Under the pieces are notes generated by a model that saw only the letters and a list, made by a program, of their open reading frames with translations, was not told where the DNA came from and did no database searches. Positions 47,169-55,423 of a stretch of DNA of 64,000 bases are shown piece by piece. Position 1 is the stretch's first letter. Each line of letters starts with the position of its first letter. A program made the translations under genes and the position numbers. Source of the stretch: Candidatus Latescibacterota bacterium (GTDB lineage: Bacteria > Latescibacterota > UBA2968 > GCA-2709665); contig OZ252100.1 of NCBI GenBank assembly GCA_965248435.1, positions 5,184,001-5,248,000 on the forward strand, in the 5' to 3' direction.

Positions 47169-48992
47169 CTACTTCAGAGCGACCGGGCCGAGGTAAACCC
47201 CTTTGTGTTCCCGCTTCCACCAGATCCCCAGCTCTGCCCTTTCCTGGTATGTCGTAAACCTGTAGTTGTAGAGTTGCGCACGCAGAAAATTGGGCGGATC
47301 ATCTTCGGGAAAGGGAGAGTGGGCAAGGAGGTCCAGAACCGGAGGTGAACCTTCCAGCAGGCGGGCGGCGAGGCTATGAAACCAGCGTTTCTGGCGAGCC
47401 CCCCCGAGGGCCGCAAACCACATCTGCCAGTCCAGGCGAGGCTGGTGTGGGGCCACGAATGCAGGGGCCTTCGTCAAGTCTACAGGTTTGTAGCGGAAGT
47501 GGTATTGTTGCCAGGTGCTGCCGTCCATGCTGCCCTCGATGATGATTTCCGGCCTTTCCTTCGTCATCACCTGAAATAGACCGTAGGTGTTGATCATTCG
47601 GAACGGGGCCAGTGCAGCAGACAGAGAATTAATCGGTTCGGGCCAATCCGTTCGATGCCGGAGGGTATACTTGGAAAAGAGGTTGGCGCTCGTGAGAAGG
47701 ACGACCGTGAGATACCCCAGGATGACGCTCCGAGGCCACGGGAGAGATTCGGCGTATGGCCGAGAGAAGAACTTGCTCATGGATCGTGGCCAGCTGGCGT
47801 CGTCGACAAGCCAGAGGCAGAGCGCCATCGTCAAGAGATTGAGGTAGTTGTAATTACCGGTAAGGGCGATGTTGATCTGAAACCCGATGAAGAGGAAGAA
47901 GGCGATCAGGCGGGGTCTTCGTGGCCCGAAGATGAGAAACGGGACGGCCAGCTCGATCACGAACATGGCGGCCGTTGACGCGATGTGAATGACGTCTGGG
48001 AGCTGGTGTACGTACCAGCCGATCCACGTGGGCAGCGGCTGGGTTTCATAGTGGAACGTCAGCGCAGAAAGGTTTCGCCAGGTGGCATCGCCGCTCGTCA
48101 GCTTGACGACCCCCGACGCGAACATGAATCTAAACAGGAGCCAGCGGTAGAGCCAGGAGATGGAACGTGGAGGCGCGTTTAGAGCTGCGCCTCTCAGCCT
48201 GGGCACAAAAGGTAGGGCGAAGAGGGTCAGAAATCCTACTTCCAGAAGAAGGACATCCCACTGAAAGGAGAGGAAGGGTCCGCCTACCGTTACGAGCGAG
48301 AGGTAGGAGGCCCAGAGCAGAAACCAAACGGGCCAGGACGCGGCAAGGAAGATGCTGAGCAGGGAGAGGACGGTGCCCCCCCCGCACACGAGATGGAGGA
48401 GCAGATCCTCCTGGCCGAACCAGAAGAGGGTGGGGTAGCGGAAGATCCCGCTCGGTCCCAGCCGCTCTAAAACCGAGCTGACCGTCTCCTGGACAGGCCA
48501 GATGCCGCTGCTGCCGATCAGACCATCGATTTGAGCCCAGAGCGAAGCGAAGGCGAAGAGATAGATCGCGGCGAGGAATCTGGGGAAGATGTTCGCGGAA
48601 AGCCGGTAGGTCGGACGCTTGAGGGAAGGGCCCCACAACCAGCCGGTGATTCTGGAGACCGTGCGTCGTCTCTGAGCGATCTGGTGGTAGACCGCTTCGG
48701 AAACGACGGCGAAGGGAGGGAAATTCCGGTAGAGCCACCAGCTCAGGCGTCCGCCATTCCCGGTGAAACTGAGAAGCCGGAAGGCGGCCTTTGCTCCACT
48801 GTAAACCTCTCTGTCCTGCTCGATCCACTGAACTGCGTTTTCAAACGCCTGGATCGAGATATTCGGGAAGCGATGGGCAACCTCTTGGTAGGGTGCGAAT
48901 CCAACGCGGCCGCCCGTAGCTTCTTTGATCCGTTCGACCCAGCGCTCACAAAATCGACAATCCGCGTCATAGATGAGGAGGGGAAGCGTCAT
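47169..48992 (-). CDS. DCC1-like thiol-disulfide oxidoreductase domain fused to lipase maturation factor (LMF) family membrane protein
   Basis: N-terminal YDADCRFC; FQWD.LLLE.GF, HYETQPLP, APHQPRLDWQMWFAAL. Confidence 0.85.
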   Translation of the reverse strand: MTLPLLIYDADCRFCERWVERIKEATGGRVGFAPYQEVAHRFPNISIQAFENAVQWIEQDREVYSGAKAAFRLLSFTGNGGRLSWWLYRNFPPFAVVSEAVYHQIAQRRRTVSRITGWLWGPSLKRPTYRLSANIFPRFLAAIYLFAFASLWAQIDGLIGSSGIWPVQETVSSVLERLGPSGIFRYPTLFWFGQEDLLLHLVCGGGTVLSLLSIFLAASWPVWFLLWASYLSLVTVGGPFLSFQWDVLLLEVGFLTLFALPFVPRLRGAALNAPPRSISWLYRWLLFRFMFASGVVKLTSGDATWRNLSALTFHYETQPLPTWIGWYVHQLPDVIHIASTAAMFVIELAVPFLIFGPRRPRLIAFFLFIGFQINIALTGNYNYLNLLTMALCLWLVDDASWPRSMSKFFSRPYAESLPWPRSVILGYLTVVLLTSANLFSKYTLRHRTDWPEPINSLSAALAPFRMINTYGLFQVMTKERPEIIIEGSMDGSTWQQYHFRYKPVDLTKAPAFVAPHQPRLDWQMWFAALGGARQKRWFHSLAARLLEGSPPVLDLLAHSPFPEDDPPNFLRAQLYNYRFTTYQERAELGIWWKREHKGVYLGPVALK

Positions 48993-49031
48993 GGATGGCG
49001 GGTAGACCGATCGAATCCTGGGGTGATCAAC

Positions 49032-49745
49032 CTAAGGAAGGAAACTCGCCGCGAGTCCGATAAGCGCCCCAAAAACGCCCCCCCAGACAACCAGCCATTC
49101 CAAATGATCCCGGATAATATTCTTGATGATCAGCTTGATCATTTCCGGAGTCAGACCGTCCAGGCGCTGGCTGACAATATGGTCTACGTGGTCGACCACC
49201 TCTTTGGAAACGTCAGATTCTTCGAGACCTGTCTGGACTGCCTCGGCAAAAGAATCTGAAGCCAGAAGAGTTCGAACCTCGTCTTTCATTCTGGTCTTGA
49301 ACGGATCTTTCAGGGGATTGAAGACGATGGATCCACCTACCAGCCTGAGCACGCCTCCAAACGGTGTGGAGAGCAGCACATCCACGAAGCCTGCGAAAAC
49401 CCGATCGTAGTCGATTGCCTCCACGATCGGTTCGGTGTTGAAGAACTTCCTTTCTCCAGGAACGCTTGACGCGAGCAGATCCTGGACATTGTCCCGGCTG
49501 AAGAACTCTTCCATGATAAGGAACTGAATCTTTGCTTTGAGCTCTTCGAAACGGTTAGGTATGACACCCGAGCCGTAGATGCCTGGGATCTTTTCGAATA
49601 GCATATGGATCGCCAGCCAGTTTGTAAACGCTCCTGAAGTGGCGAACAGGCCGATGGTCAAGACCTGATCGCCATACAGCGGCACCGTATAACCAAGGCC
49701 GATGAGTGCGATTCCGATCAGATTTGTGGTTAGACTTTTGTTCAT
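49032..49745 (-). CDS. DUF445 family membrane protein
   Basis: GAFTNWLAIHMLFEKIPG.YGSGVIP, WLVVWGGVFGALIG. Confidence 0.85.
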   Translation of the reverse strand: MNKSLTTNLIGIALIGLGYTVPLYGDQVLTIGLFATSGAFTNWLAIHMLFEKIPGIYGSGVIPNRFEELKAKIQFLIMEEFFSRDNVQDLLASSVPGERKFFNTEPIVEAIDYDRVFAGFVDVLLSTPFGGVLRLVGGSIVFNPLKDPFKTRMKDEVRTLLASDSFAEAVQTGLEESDVSKEVVDHVDHIVSQRLDGLTPEMIKLIIKNIIRDHLEWLVVWGGVFGALIGLAASFLP

Positions 49746-49876
49746 TTTCCCGTTCTTGAGATATCTCTCCTGACTCTGGTCCGGGTGGTCTGAAGATAAA
49801 GATTTTGCCCATCGGATTCAAGCACCGGGATCCGATGACTGAACTCTTTCGCAGATAAGCTAAGTAGGACAATGCA

Positions 49877-49908
49877 AAAGGCCCCCTTTTTGTCGAAAGG
49901 GGGCCTTT
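49877..49908 (-). terminator. Rho-independent terminator after the dual-receiver gene
   Basis: AAAGGCCCCCTTT-TTGTCG-AAAGGGGGCCTTT perfect stem. Confidence 0.75.
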
Positions 49909-49926
49909 GATGGTCAACTGATCGGT

Positions 49927-50844
49927 CTAGCTTGCCGGGACCGCTTTCTTGACGAACGAGAGCAGTGCATCCGAATGGACCGGTTTGACGAAAATCTTGT
50001 TTACTCGCCAGGCCAACAATTCTTTCACCATATCCCGCGTTATGTAGGCCGTCTGAACGGCAATGGGACAGGTCACGCCGCTCTTCCTGACCGCCTCAAT
50101 CACCTCAAACCCGTCCATGCCGACCAGCCACAGGTCGGTTAAGATCATATCGTAATCGTTTAGAAGCATCTCCTCATACGCTTCCTGACCTGATTTGGTC
50201 AACGCGACATCGTACCCCGCCTTTTGTAGCAGCCCACCCAACTTTGTGCGTACGGCCTCATCGGTGTCCGCAATCAGGATCTTTGAATTGCCTTTCTTCG
50301 CTACGGAAGTCTGCGCCTGCCTGAACGAACCGTCGACAGGTTCTGCGGGACGCCTCACGGCATCCTTCTGTTTATCAGCGGGTGGCGGGATGTTTGCCGC
50401 AGGTGGAACAGGGGGTCCTGGCACCGATGGAGGAGGCTCAGGTTGGATCTCGAGATCCTGGGGCAGGTTTCGGGCCGATCTTCTGTTGAGGAGCTGTTCA
50501 ACCGCGCTGATCAGATCGCCGTAGCCGAATGGAGCCGAAAGGAAGAGGTCGACATCCCCGTTCGCGGAATCGGTCGGAGCATCCCATCCCGTCTCGGGAG
50601 ACGTCCCTACGATGGGTGCGCGAACCCCGTATCTCCGAAGGCGCTCGACGAAACCCAGACCGTCAAGATCTTCAGTTAAATCTCGGTCCACAATGATGAG
50701 ATGAAAGTGTTCGGACATTGCTTTGGCCAGGGCCCGCTGCCCATCGGTCGCCATCGTCACGCTGCATCCGATCGTCTGCAACATCTCCTGAATCACCTCC
50801 AGGACGAGCTCGTTCGGATGCACAACCAGTACTTTCCCCTCCAT
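49927..50844 (-). CDS. Dual receiver-domain protein with Pro-rich linker
   Basis: REC1 is degenerate (VLVVHPN, FLSAP); REC2 is near-canonical (LTDLWLVGMDG, QTA, VKP). No output domain. Confidence 0.85.
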   Translation of the reverse strand: MEGKVLVVHPNELVLEVIQEMLQTIGCSVTMATDGQRALAKAMSEHFHLIIVDRDLTEDLDGLGFVERLRRYGVRAPIVGTSPETGWDAPTDSANGDVDLFLSAPFGYGDLISAVEQLLNRRSARNLPQDLEIQPEPPPSVPGPPVPPAANIPPPADKQKDAVRRPAEPVDGSFRQAQTSVAKKGNSKILIADTDEAVRTKLGGLLQKAGYDVALTKSGQEAYEEMLLNDYDMILTDLWLVGMDGFEVIEAVRKSGVTCPIAVQTAYITRDMVKELLAWRVNKIFVKPVHSDALLSFVKKAVPAS

Positions 50845-50869
50845 CTCTCTCTCCTTTTATCTGCGCAGC

Positions 50870-51292
50870 TCAGTATCCCGGGGCCCCTGCTTCGCCCTTA
50901 AAACTATCAAGGACCTGACTCAACTTCCTAAAATCTGTCTCAACACCAGGATTTTTTCGGACAAGAATCTTTGATGCCGGTCGAGAGATCCATTTCGCCT
51001 TCAAAGAAAACAGACGCTGCTTGAGGCCGGACATCATGCCCAGCACCGGTTCATCGTTGAAGGTCTTCTCTTCCTGGGTCCCGCCGGTCGCCCCGTAGAT
51101 CGTAGACGGCCCAATTTGATAAGGATAACCGATCGGTGCCGTGGGTGTGGGCGGTTTGACTTGATTGGGCGCTTTCGTACCTCCACCCCCCCTAGAGCGG
51201 TGCAGGCCCATGAGGGCGAAGTAGACAATGGCCCCACAGATGTCCAGGATGATGATAATTTCCAGGGCTGTACTCAGAAATCCGGTTAGCAT
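50870..51292 (-). CDS. Small single-TM hypothetical protein, paralogue of 52294-52587
   Basis: N-terminal FLS..L.....LDI hydrophobic helix; C-terminal L..VL..F..E. Confidence 0.7.
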   Translation of the reverse strand: MLTGFLSTALEIIIILDICGAIVYFALMGLHRSRGGGGTKAPNQVKPPTPTAPIGYPYQIGPSTIYGATGGTQEEKTFNDEPVLGMMSGLKQRLFSLKAKWISRPASKILVRKNPGVETDFRKLSQVLDSFKGEAGAPGY

Positions 51293-51410
51293 ACCAGGGA
51301 GCCTTCCTTCGCAGTACCGATGGGTCCTCTACGCATGACTACAAAGCGGAATTCAGTGACTCGGAGAGTTGCGGTGCTGCTGGGGGTGGGGGATTAGCTC
51401 GAAACGATGC

Positions 51411-52043
51411 CTATCGATGCACTCGGCGAAGAATCATTCGTACGCGTGCACCGAGTACGTCCAGATCGACCGGCTTGTTCAAATAGTCGTCGGCGCCGTA
51501 TTCGATTCCGCGAACGGTGTCCGATGCATCGGTAAGGAACGCAGTGATCATGATGATTGGGATGTGGGATGTCATCGGATCACTCTTCAACCTCTGACAG
51601 ACTTGATACCCGTCCATCCTCGGCAGCCGGACATCTAACAGGAGCAAGTCGGGACGTTCGTGTCGGACCGATTCCAGGGCCTCCTGTCCATCGGACGCCT
51701 GAAGGACTTCGTAGCCGGCGTTCTGGAAGTATTCGGCCCATGTTTCGCGCGTGGCCGACTCGTCCTCTACGATCAGGAGTCTTTCGGGACGGTCCACGAC
51801 TTGAGATTCCAGGCTTTCCAGTTGAACAGCAATCTGGGAGAGAGAAAGCCCTTGCTGAACCTGCATCTCCTTCACGAGTTGCTTCTTTGAAACGACGTCT
51901 TCCTTGTCGAAAAGGTCCTTGTTGCCGACCTTGTCCGCAACCTTCAGGATTCCGTAATTCTTGTACTTTCTGATCGATTCAACCGATTTGTCAAAGATCT
52001 CCGCGACTTCCTCGATTCCGACAAGCTCGTTTCCTTCTGCCAT
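51411..52043 (-). CDS. Response regulator with N-terminal MerR-type HTH and C-terminal receiver
   Basis: IEEVAEIF..SVESIRKY...GIL...GLSLSQI; REC with LIVEDE, LLDVRLP.MDG, ITA, NKP. Confidence 0.85.
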   Translation of the reverse strand: MAEGNELVGIEEVAEIFDKSVESIRKYKNYGILKVADKVGNKDLFDKEDVVSKKQLVKEMQVQQGLSLSQIAVQLESLESQVVDRPERLLIVEDESATRETWAEYFQNAGYEVLQASDGQEALESVRHERPDLLLLDVRLPRMDGYQVCQRLKSDPMTSHIPIIMITAFLTDASDTVRGIEYGADDYLNKPVDLDVLGARVRMILRRVHR

Positions 52044-52103
52044 TTATGCATCTCCTCGCATTATGGGAAAGGGGTCGAGAACACTCCCTCTGCTGTCGGA
52101 TTC

Positions 52104-52133
52104 AATATACAATATCATACCAATTAGTGTCAA
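52104..52133 (-). promoter_or_regulatory. Sigma70-type promoter of the MerR-REC gene
   Basis: TTGACA-N18-TATATT on the minus strand. Confidence 0.6.
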
Positions 52134-52293
52134 GTACTTTTTCAAAGGACATGGTCGCCCATTTTAATATAGTATCGGAACAACAGTACAATGCCTATAG
52201 GGAAATCTTCCAGGTTTCGCAAATGGAGGCAAAGTGCCACGGGAATACCTGTTTGGTTTTAATTGGGTTACGTAGGTTATAGGGTCATCGGGC

Positions 52294-52587
52294 CTAAATC
52301 TCCTCCCCGAAGTCGGAAAGCACCTCACGGAGCGGCCTGCTACCCTGCCGCGCAGGACAGCCACGATTGGCGAGGATCCCGCTCAGCCCAGAGGGCCCGG
52401 ATCGGCTGATTGCAGCGGCGTAAGTCGGCCCGTTGGGCGACCCAGACAGGTAGGAAGGAGGTGATGCTTGTTTGGGTTTGTCGGGTGAACCGACGAGGGA
52501 AGTGAGGACGATGTAGATGACGAATGCGCCGATGTCCAGCACGAGGACGAGCTGGAGCAGCTCGGACAGAAAGGTATCGATTGGCAC
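52294..52587 (-). CDS. Small single-TM hypothetical protein, paralogue of 50870-51292
   Basis: FLSELLQLVLVLDIG helix; C-terminal LREVLSDFGEE; preceded by a sigma54 motif. Confidence 0.7.
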   Translation of the reverse strand: MPIDTFLSELLQLVLVLDIGAFVIYIVLTSLVGSPDKPKQASPPSYLSGSPNGPTYAAAISRSGPSGLSGILANRGCPARQGSRPLREVLSDFGEEI

Positions 52588-52631
52588 GCAGCACCCCTGA
52601 CTCTGAAGTGGGACGTCTGACGACCCACAAT

Positions 52632-52647
52632 CGCAGAATCTGTGCCA
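52632..52647 (-). promoter_or_regulatory. Sigma54 (-24/-12) promoter
   Basis: TGGCAC-AGATT-CTGCG with GG-N10-GC spacing; AT-rich IHF-like site at 52676-52688. Confidence 0.65.
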
Positions 52648-52810
52648 CGGGCTTCCCGTGCAGGTAGATATAAACTAAGCAATTGTTTTTTATGAATATA
52701 TTCGGAAGCAGGGACGCGAGTCCGGCTTTCGGGCTTTCGACCGTGTTGGGGTAATCTTGCTCAGGAGTGAGAGAACGTGACCCCAGCCTGAAGCAGGCCC
52801 AGGGGATTGA

Positions 52811-53230
52811 TCATTTACGCGAGTCGGACGGATTTGCCAGAAGTTGTCTGAGGTATTCGTTTTCGAGGCCGAGTTGCTTTCCGCGTAAGGCCCGCGATAC
52901 GACGAGCGAGAGCTCTGGCGGGAAGACGGGCTTCAGGACATACCCGTAGGCGCCCATTTGCATGGCTGTAATCGCCCGATCCACCATTTCGAAAGGGGTT
53001 ATCGCGATCAGAGAGACGTCGTCCTCAAAAGCATACCTGGACACGGTTCGAAGATCCAGACCCTCTGTCTCCAGGTCGCAAAGGAGCAGATCTGTGGCCA
53101 TAGTTTGGCGCTCGTCTGGATTTGCAGCGACAGAGATGTCATAGCCCTGTTCAGTGAGAAGCGGGAGGCATTCACGAATGATTTCTGCTGAATCGGTGAT
53201 GAGCAGGATGGAGTCCATAGGTGCCTTCAT
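52811..53230 (-). CDS. Stand-alone atypical receiver domain with NtrC-type coiled-coil tail
   Basis: LLLCDL, AMQMGAYGYVLKP, ELSLVVSRAL...ENEYLRQLL. Confidence 0.8.
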   Translation of the reverse strand: MKAPMDSILLITDSAEIIRECLPLLTEQGYDISVAANPDERQTMATDLLLCDLETEGLDLRTVSRYAFEDDVSLIAITPFEMVDRAITAMQMGAYGYVLKPVFPPELSLVVSRALRGKQLGLENEYLRQLLANPSDSRK

Positions 53231-53270
53231 AGGATATCGTATTTCTTAGTATTACATAGTTTTTGTATAC

Positions 53271-53297
53271 ATATCGGTAGAAATCGAGGAAGCTTGA
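53271..53297 (-). promoter_or_regulatory. Sigma28 (FliA/WhiG)-like promoter
   Basis: TCAA-N15-ACCGATAT versus consensus TAAA-N15-GCCGATAA. Confidence 0.6.
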
Positions 53298-53369
53298 GGA
53301 GTTCCGCGTGGATTACTGGAAGTCGGAAAGGCTTAGGTCTGGCTGGAGGGGTCGAAACGGGGTCGGTGT

Positions 53370-54674
53370 TCAGAGTTCGTAACGTCTGATCTTTTCGTAG
53401 AGTGTGCGCCGATTGATCTGCAGGATCCTGGCAGCTCTGCCACGATGTCCGGCGGTGTTTTCGAGGGTTTGCCTGATATGATCTCGCTCCACCTCTCTGA
53501 GACTCCGGGGCCCGTCGGGTGTCGAGGACACCATCTCATCCGGCAAGCGAATCTCCTCGGGTAGCTCGTTCAAGGAGACCGAGGGTCTTTCCGCCAGCAC
53601 AACACACCGCTCGACGATGTTTTTTAGTTCCCTGACGTTGCCCGGATAGTCATACAGAAGCAGGCATTCGAGCGCTTCTTCCGAAAACCGCACAGGGAAA
53701 CTCCCGTTTTGCCGGCTGTAGTGGAAAAGGTAGTAGTCGAGCAGAAGTGCGATATCCTGCCTACGGGTGCGAAGTGGAGCGACGTTGATCGTCAACACGT
53801 TGAGCCGATAGTAGAGGTCCTCTCGGAAGTCGCCTGACTTGACGGCTTCGCGCAGATTGCGGTTTGTGGCCGCGATGAATCGGACGTCGGCGCAGGCTGG
53901 GACGGTCGCGCCGACCCGGAAAAACTGTGAATCTTCCAGGATTCTGAGGAGTTTTACCTGGATGGCCGGGCTGACATCTCCGATCTCGTCCAGGAATATC
54001 GTCCCGCCCCGCGCGACTTCGACAAGGCCGGCCTTGGATTTGTAGGCTCCGGTAAAGGCCCCCTTGGCGTGGCCGAACAGCTCGCTTTCGAGCAGAGGCT
54101 CTGGAAGGCCGCCGCAGTTGATCGGAATGAAAAGTCTTTCTGCCCTGAGACTCTGTTTATGCAGGGACTGCGCCACCAGTTCTTTACCCGTGCCGCTTTC
54201 TCCCTGTATGAGTACGGTGCTGTGGGAGGGCGCGATCTTGCCGATCATCCTCCTCAGGCGGCCCATTTCAGGGCTTTTTCCGACAAAAGGGTCTTGACTG
54301 GAGCCAAGGGCCGTCTTTAGAGAGTGGTTCTCTTCCTTGACTCTCCGGTCCCCAAGGGTGCGCTTGACGATAAGCAGAAGCTCATCGGGCGTTATCGGGC
54401 TCAGAATATACCCCTGAGCCCCCTTTTCCATCACGTGAACAGCCTCAGCAACCCTTTGAGGCTTCGAGATCAGGAGCAAGTTCTCGGCGGGGAAGTCATC
54501 CAGGGCTGCACTCGGACAGGGCTTCTCGAGGTCGTAGAGGACGAGGTCGGCCGAAGCATAACGCCCTGGTGCAGATTCAACCGTAGAGACGGCGTAGCCG
54601 CCGCGCTTCAGAACCTGAAGGCAGCTTTGCCGGATCTGTGGATCGGATGTAGATACAAGGATACAAGCAGCCAC
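53370..54674 (-). CDS. Sigma54-dependent transcriptional activator (bEBP) with degenerate receiver domain
   Basis: GESGTGKE, GAFTGA, FLDEIG, AATN, FREDLYYRL, PGNVREL; C-terminal Fis-type HTH. Confidence 0.92.
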   Translation of the reverse strand: MAACILVSTSDPQIRQSCLQVLKRGGYAVSTVESAPGRYASADLVLYDLEKPCPSAALDDFPAENLLLISKPQRVAEAVHVMEKGAQGYILSPITPDELLLIVKRTLGDRRVKEENHSLKTALGSSQDPFVGKSPEMGRLRRMIGKIAPSHSTVLIQGESGTGKELVAQSLHKQSLRAERLFIPINCGGLPEPLLESELFGHAKGAFTGAYKSKAGLVEVARGGTIFLDEIGDVSPAIQVKLLRILEDSQFFRVGATVPACADVRFIAATNRNLREAVKSGDFREDLYYRLNVLTINVAPLRTRRQDIALLLDYYLFHYSRQNGSFPVRFSEEALECLLLYDYPGNVRELKNIVERCVVLAERPSVSLNELPEEIRLPDEMVSSTPDGPRSLREVERDHIRQTLENTAGHRGRAARILQINRRTLYEKIRRYEL

Positions 54675-54789
54675 GGATGAACCTCGCTGGGAGCCGGCGA
54701 GTCGATGAGTCGGCCGCTAAGCTCTTATGGATAGATACGATTCGGGGAGCAGAGGACGTTCACCCCGCGATCATACCTTTATGTGCGGG

Positions 54790-54835
54790 CGGGGTCCCTT
54801 GCGTGGGTAGTGAAACGGGGGTCCCTCCCGGGTAG
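54790..54835. repeat. Direct repeat pair CGGGG(G)TCCCT-N3/5-GGGTAG
   Basis: Read directly at 54790-54810 and 54816-54835. Confidence 0.6.
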
Positions 54836-54910
54836 ACCAGTTTAACGGATGGGTGGAATTGCTACTGGTGGGATTTGTGGATGGAAAGTAGCCAAGTGGT
54901 ATCTGTGTGA

Positions 54911-54938
54911 ATATCGGCAGTTCTCAAAAAAGGATTAG
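54911..54938 (-). promoter_or_regulatory. Sigma28 (FliA/WhiG)-like promoter
   Basis: CTAAT-N15-GCCGATAT on the minus strand, upstream of the bEBP gene. Confidence 0.6.
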
Positions 54939-54958
54939 CCCTTTTTTATTGGGTATGC

Positions 54959-54987
54959 TTGACGAATCAAATAAGATATCTTATACT
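54959..54987 (+). promoter_or_regulatory. Sigma70-type promoter overlapped by a perfect 14-bp palindrome
   Basis: TTGACG-N17-TATACT; ATAAGATATCTTAT at 54971-54984. Confidence 0.7.
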
Positions 54988-55407
54988 TTAAGTCCTTAGC
55001 GATATAAGTTTAGAGACTGATTCCCCTCCCTTGAATTCTCCTTTTGGCCGACATTCCTCGGCAAATATTTCCTTCTTTTTCCCCTTTTTCCCCTTTTTGC
55101 GCCTTGCTCCCCTGAAGTCTGCCCAGGCTTCTGAAGCGTGCGATCACCCATTTATGGCGTTAACCCTTGGCCAGGTTTTGTCGATTCTAGAAAGGAGGGG
55201 AGGGATGGGGAACACTACCCTTGGCTTTCAGGACCGTTGCAAACAGGGACTTCATCTGTGTGGCGATTGTGCTCTTTTCTGATGCATATCGGTCACTAAG
55301 GAATGATCCAAGAGAGTTTGCTTCACTTTATTGCGAGTCGTGATCAAGTGTGTAGTCCTGTTTATTCTAGTAGTTTAACTGTTGACCAACATCAGTTTGT
55401 TTTATGC

Positions 55408-55423
55408 TGGCACACCTTTTGCT
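55408..55423 (+). promoter_or_regulatory. Sigma54 (-24/-12) promoter of the XRE-prkA-yeaH-spoVR operon
   Basis: TGGCAC-ACCTT-TTGCT, a consensus match. Confidence 0.8.

Noticed and set aside
52218-52240. Additional sigma54 promoter (TGGCAC on the minus strand) for the MerR-REC gene
   Set aside because: No GC at the mandatory GG-N10-GC position.
55031-55282. 83-aa ORF as a full gene
   Set aside because: TTG start without RBS and a low-complexity Phe/Pro stretch; only the last 25 codons have a credible RBS.
55286-55312. Third sigma28 promoter (ACCGATAT, minus strand)
   Set aside because: No TAAA/TCAA-like -35 element at 15-16 bp; kept only as a possible operator half-site.
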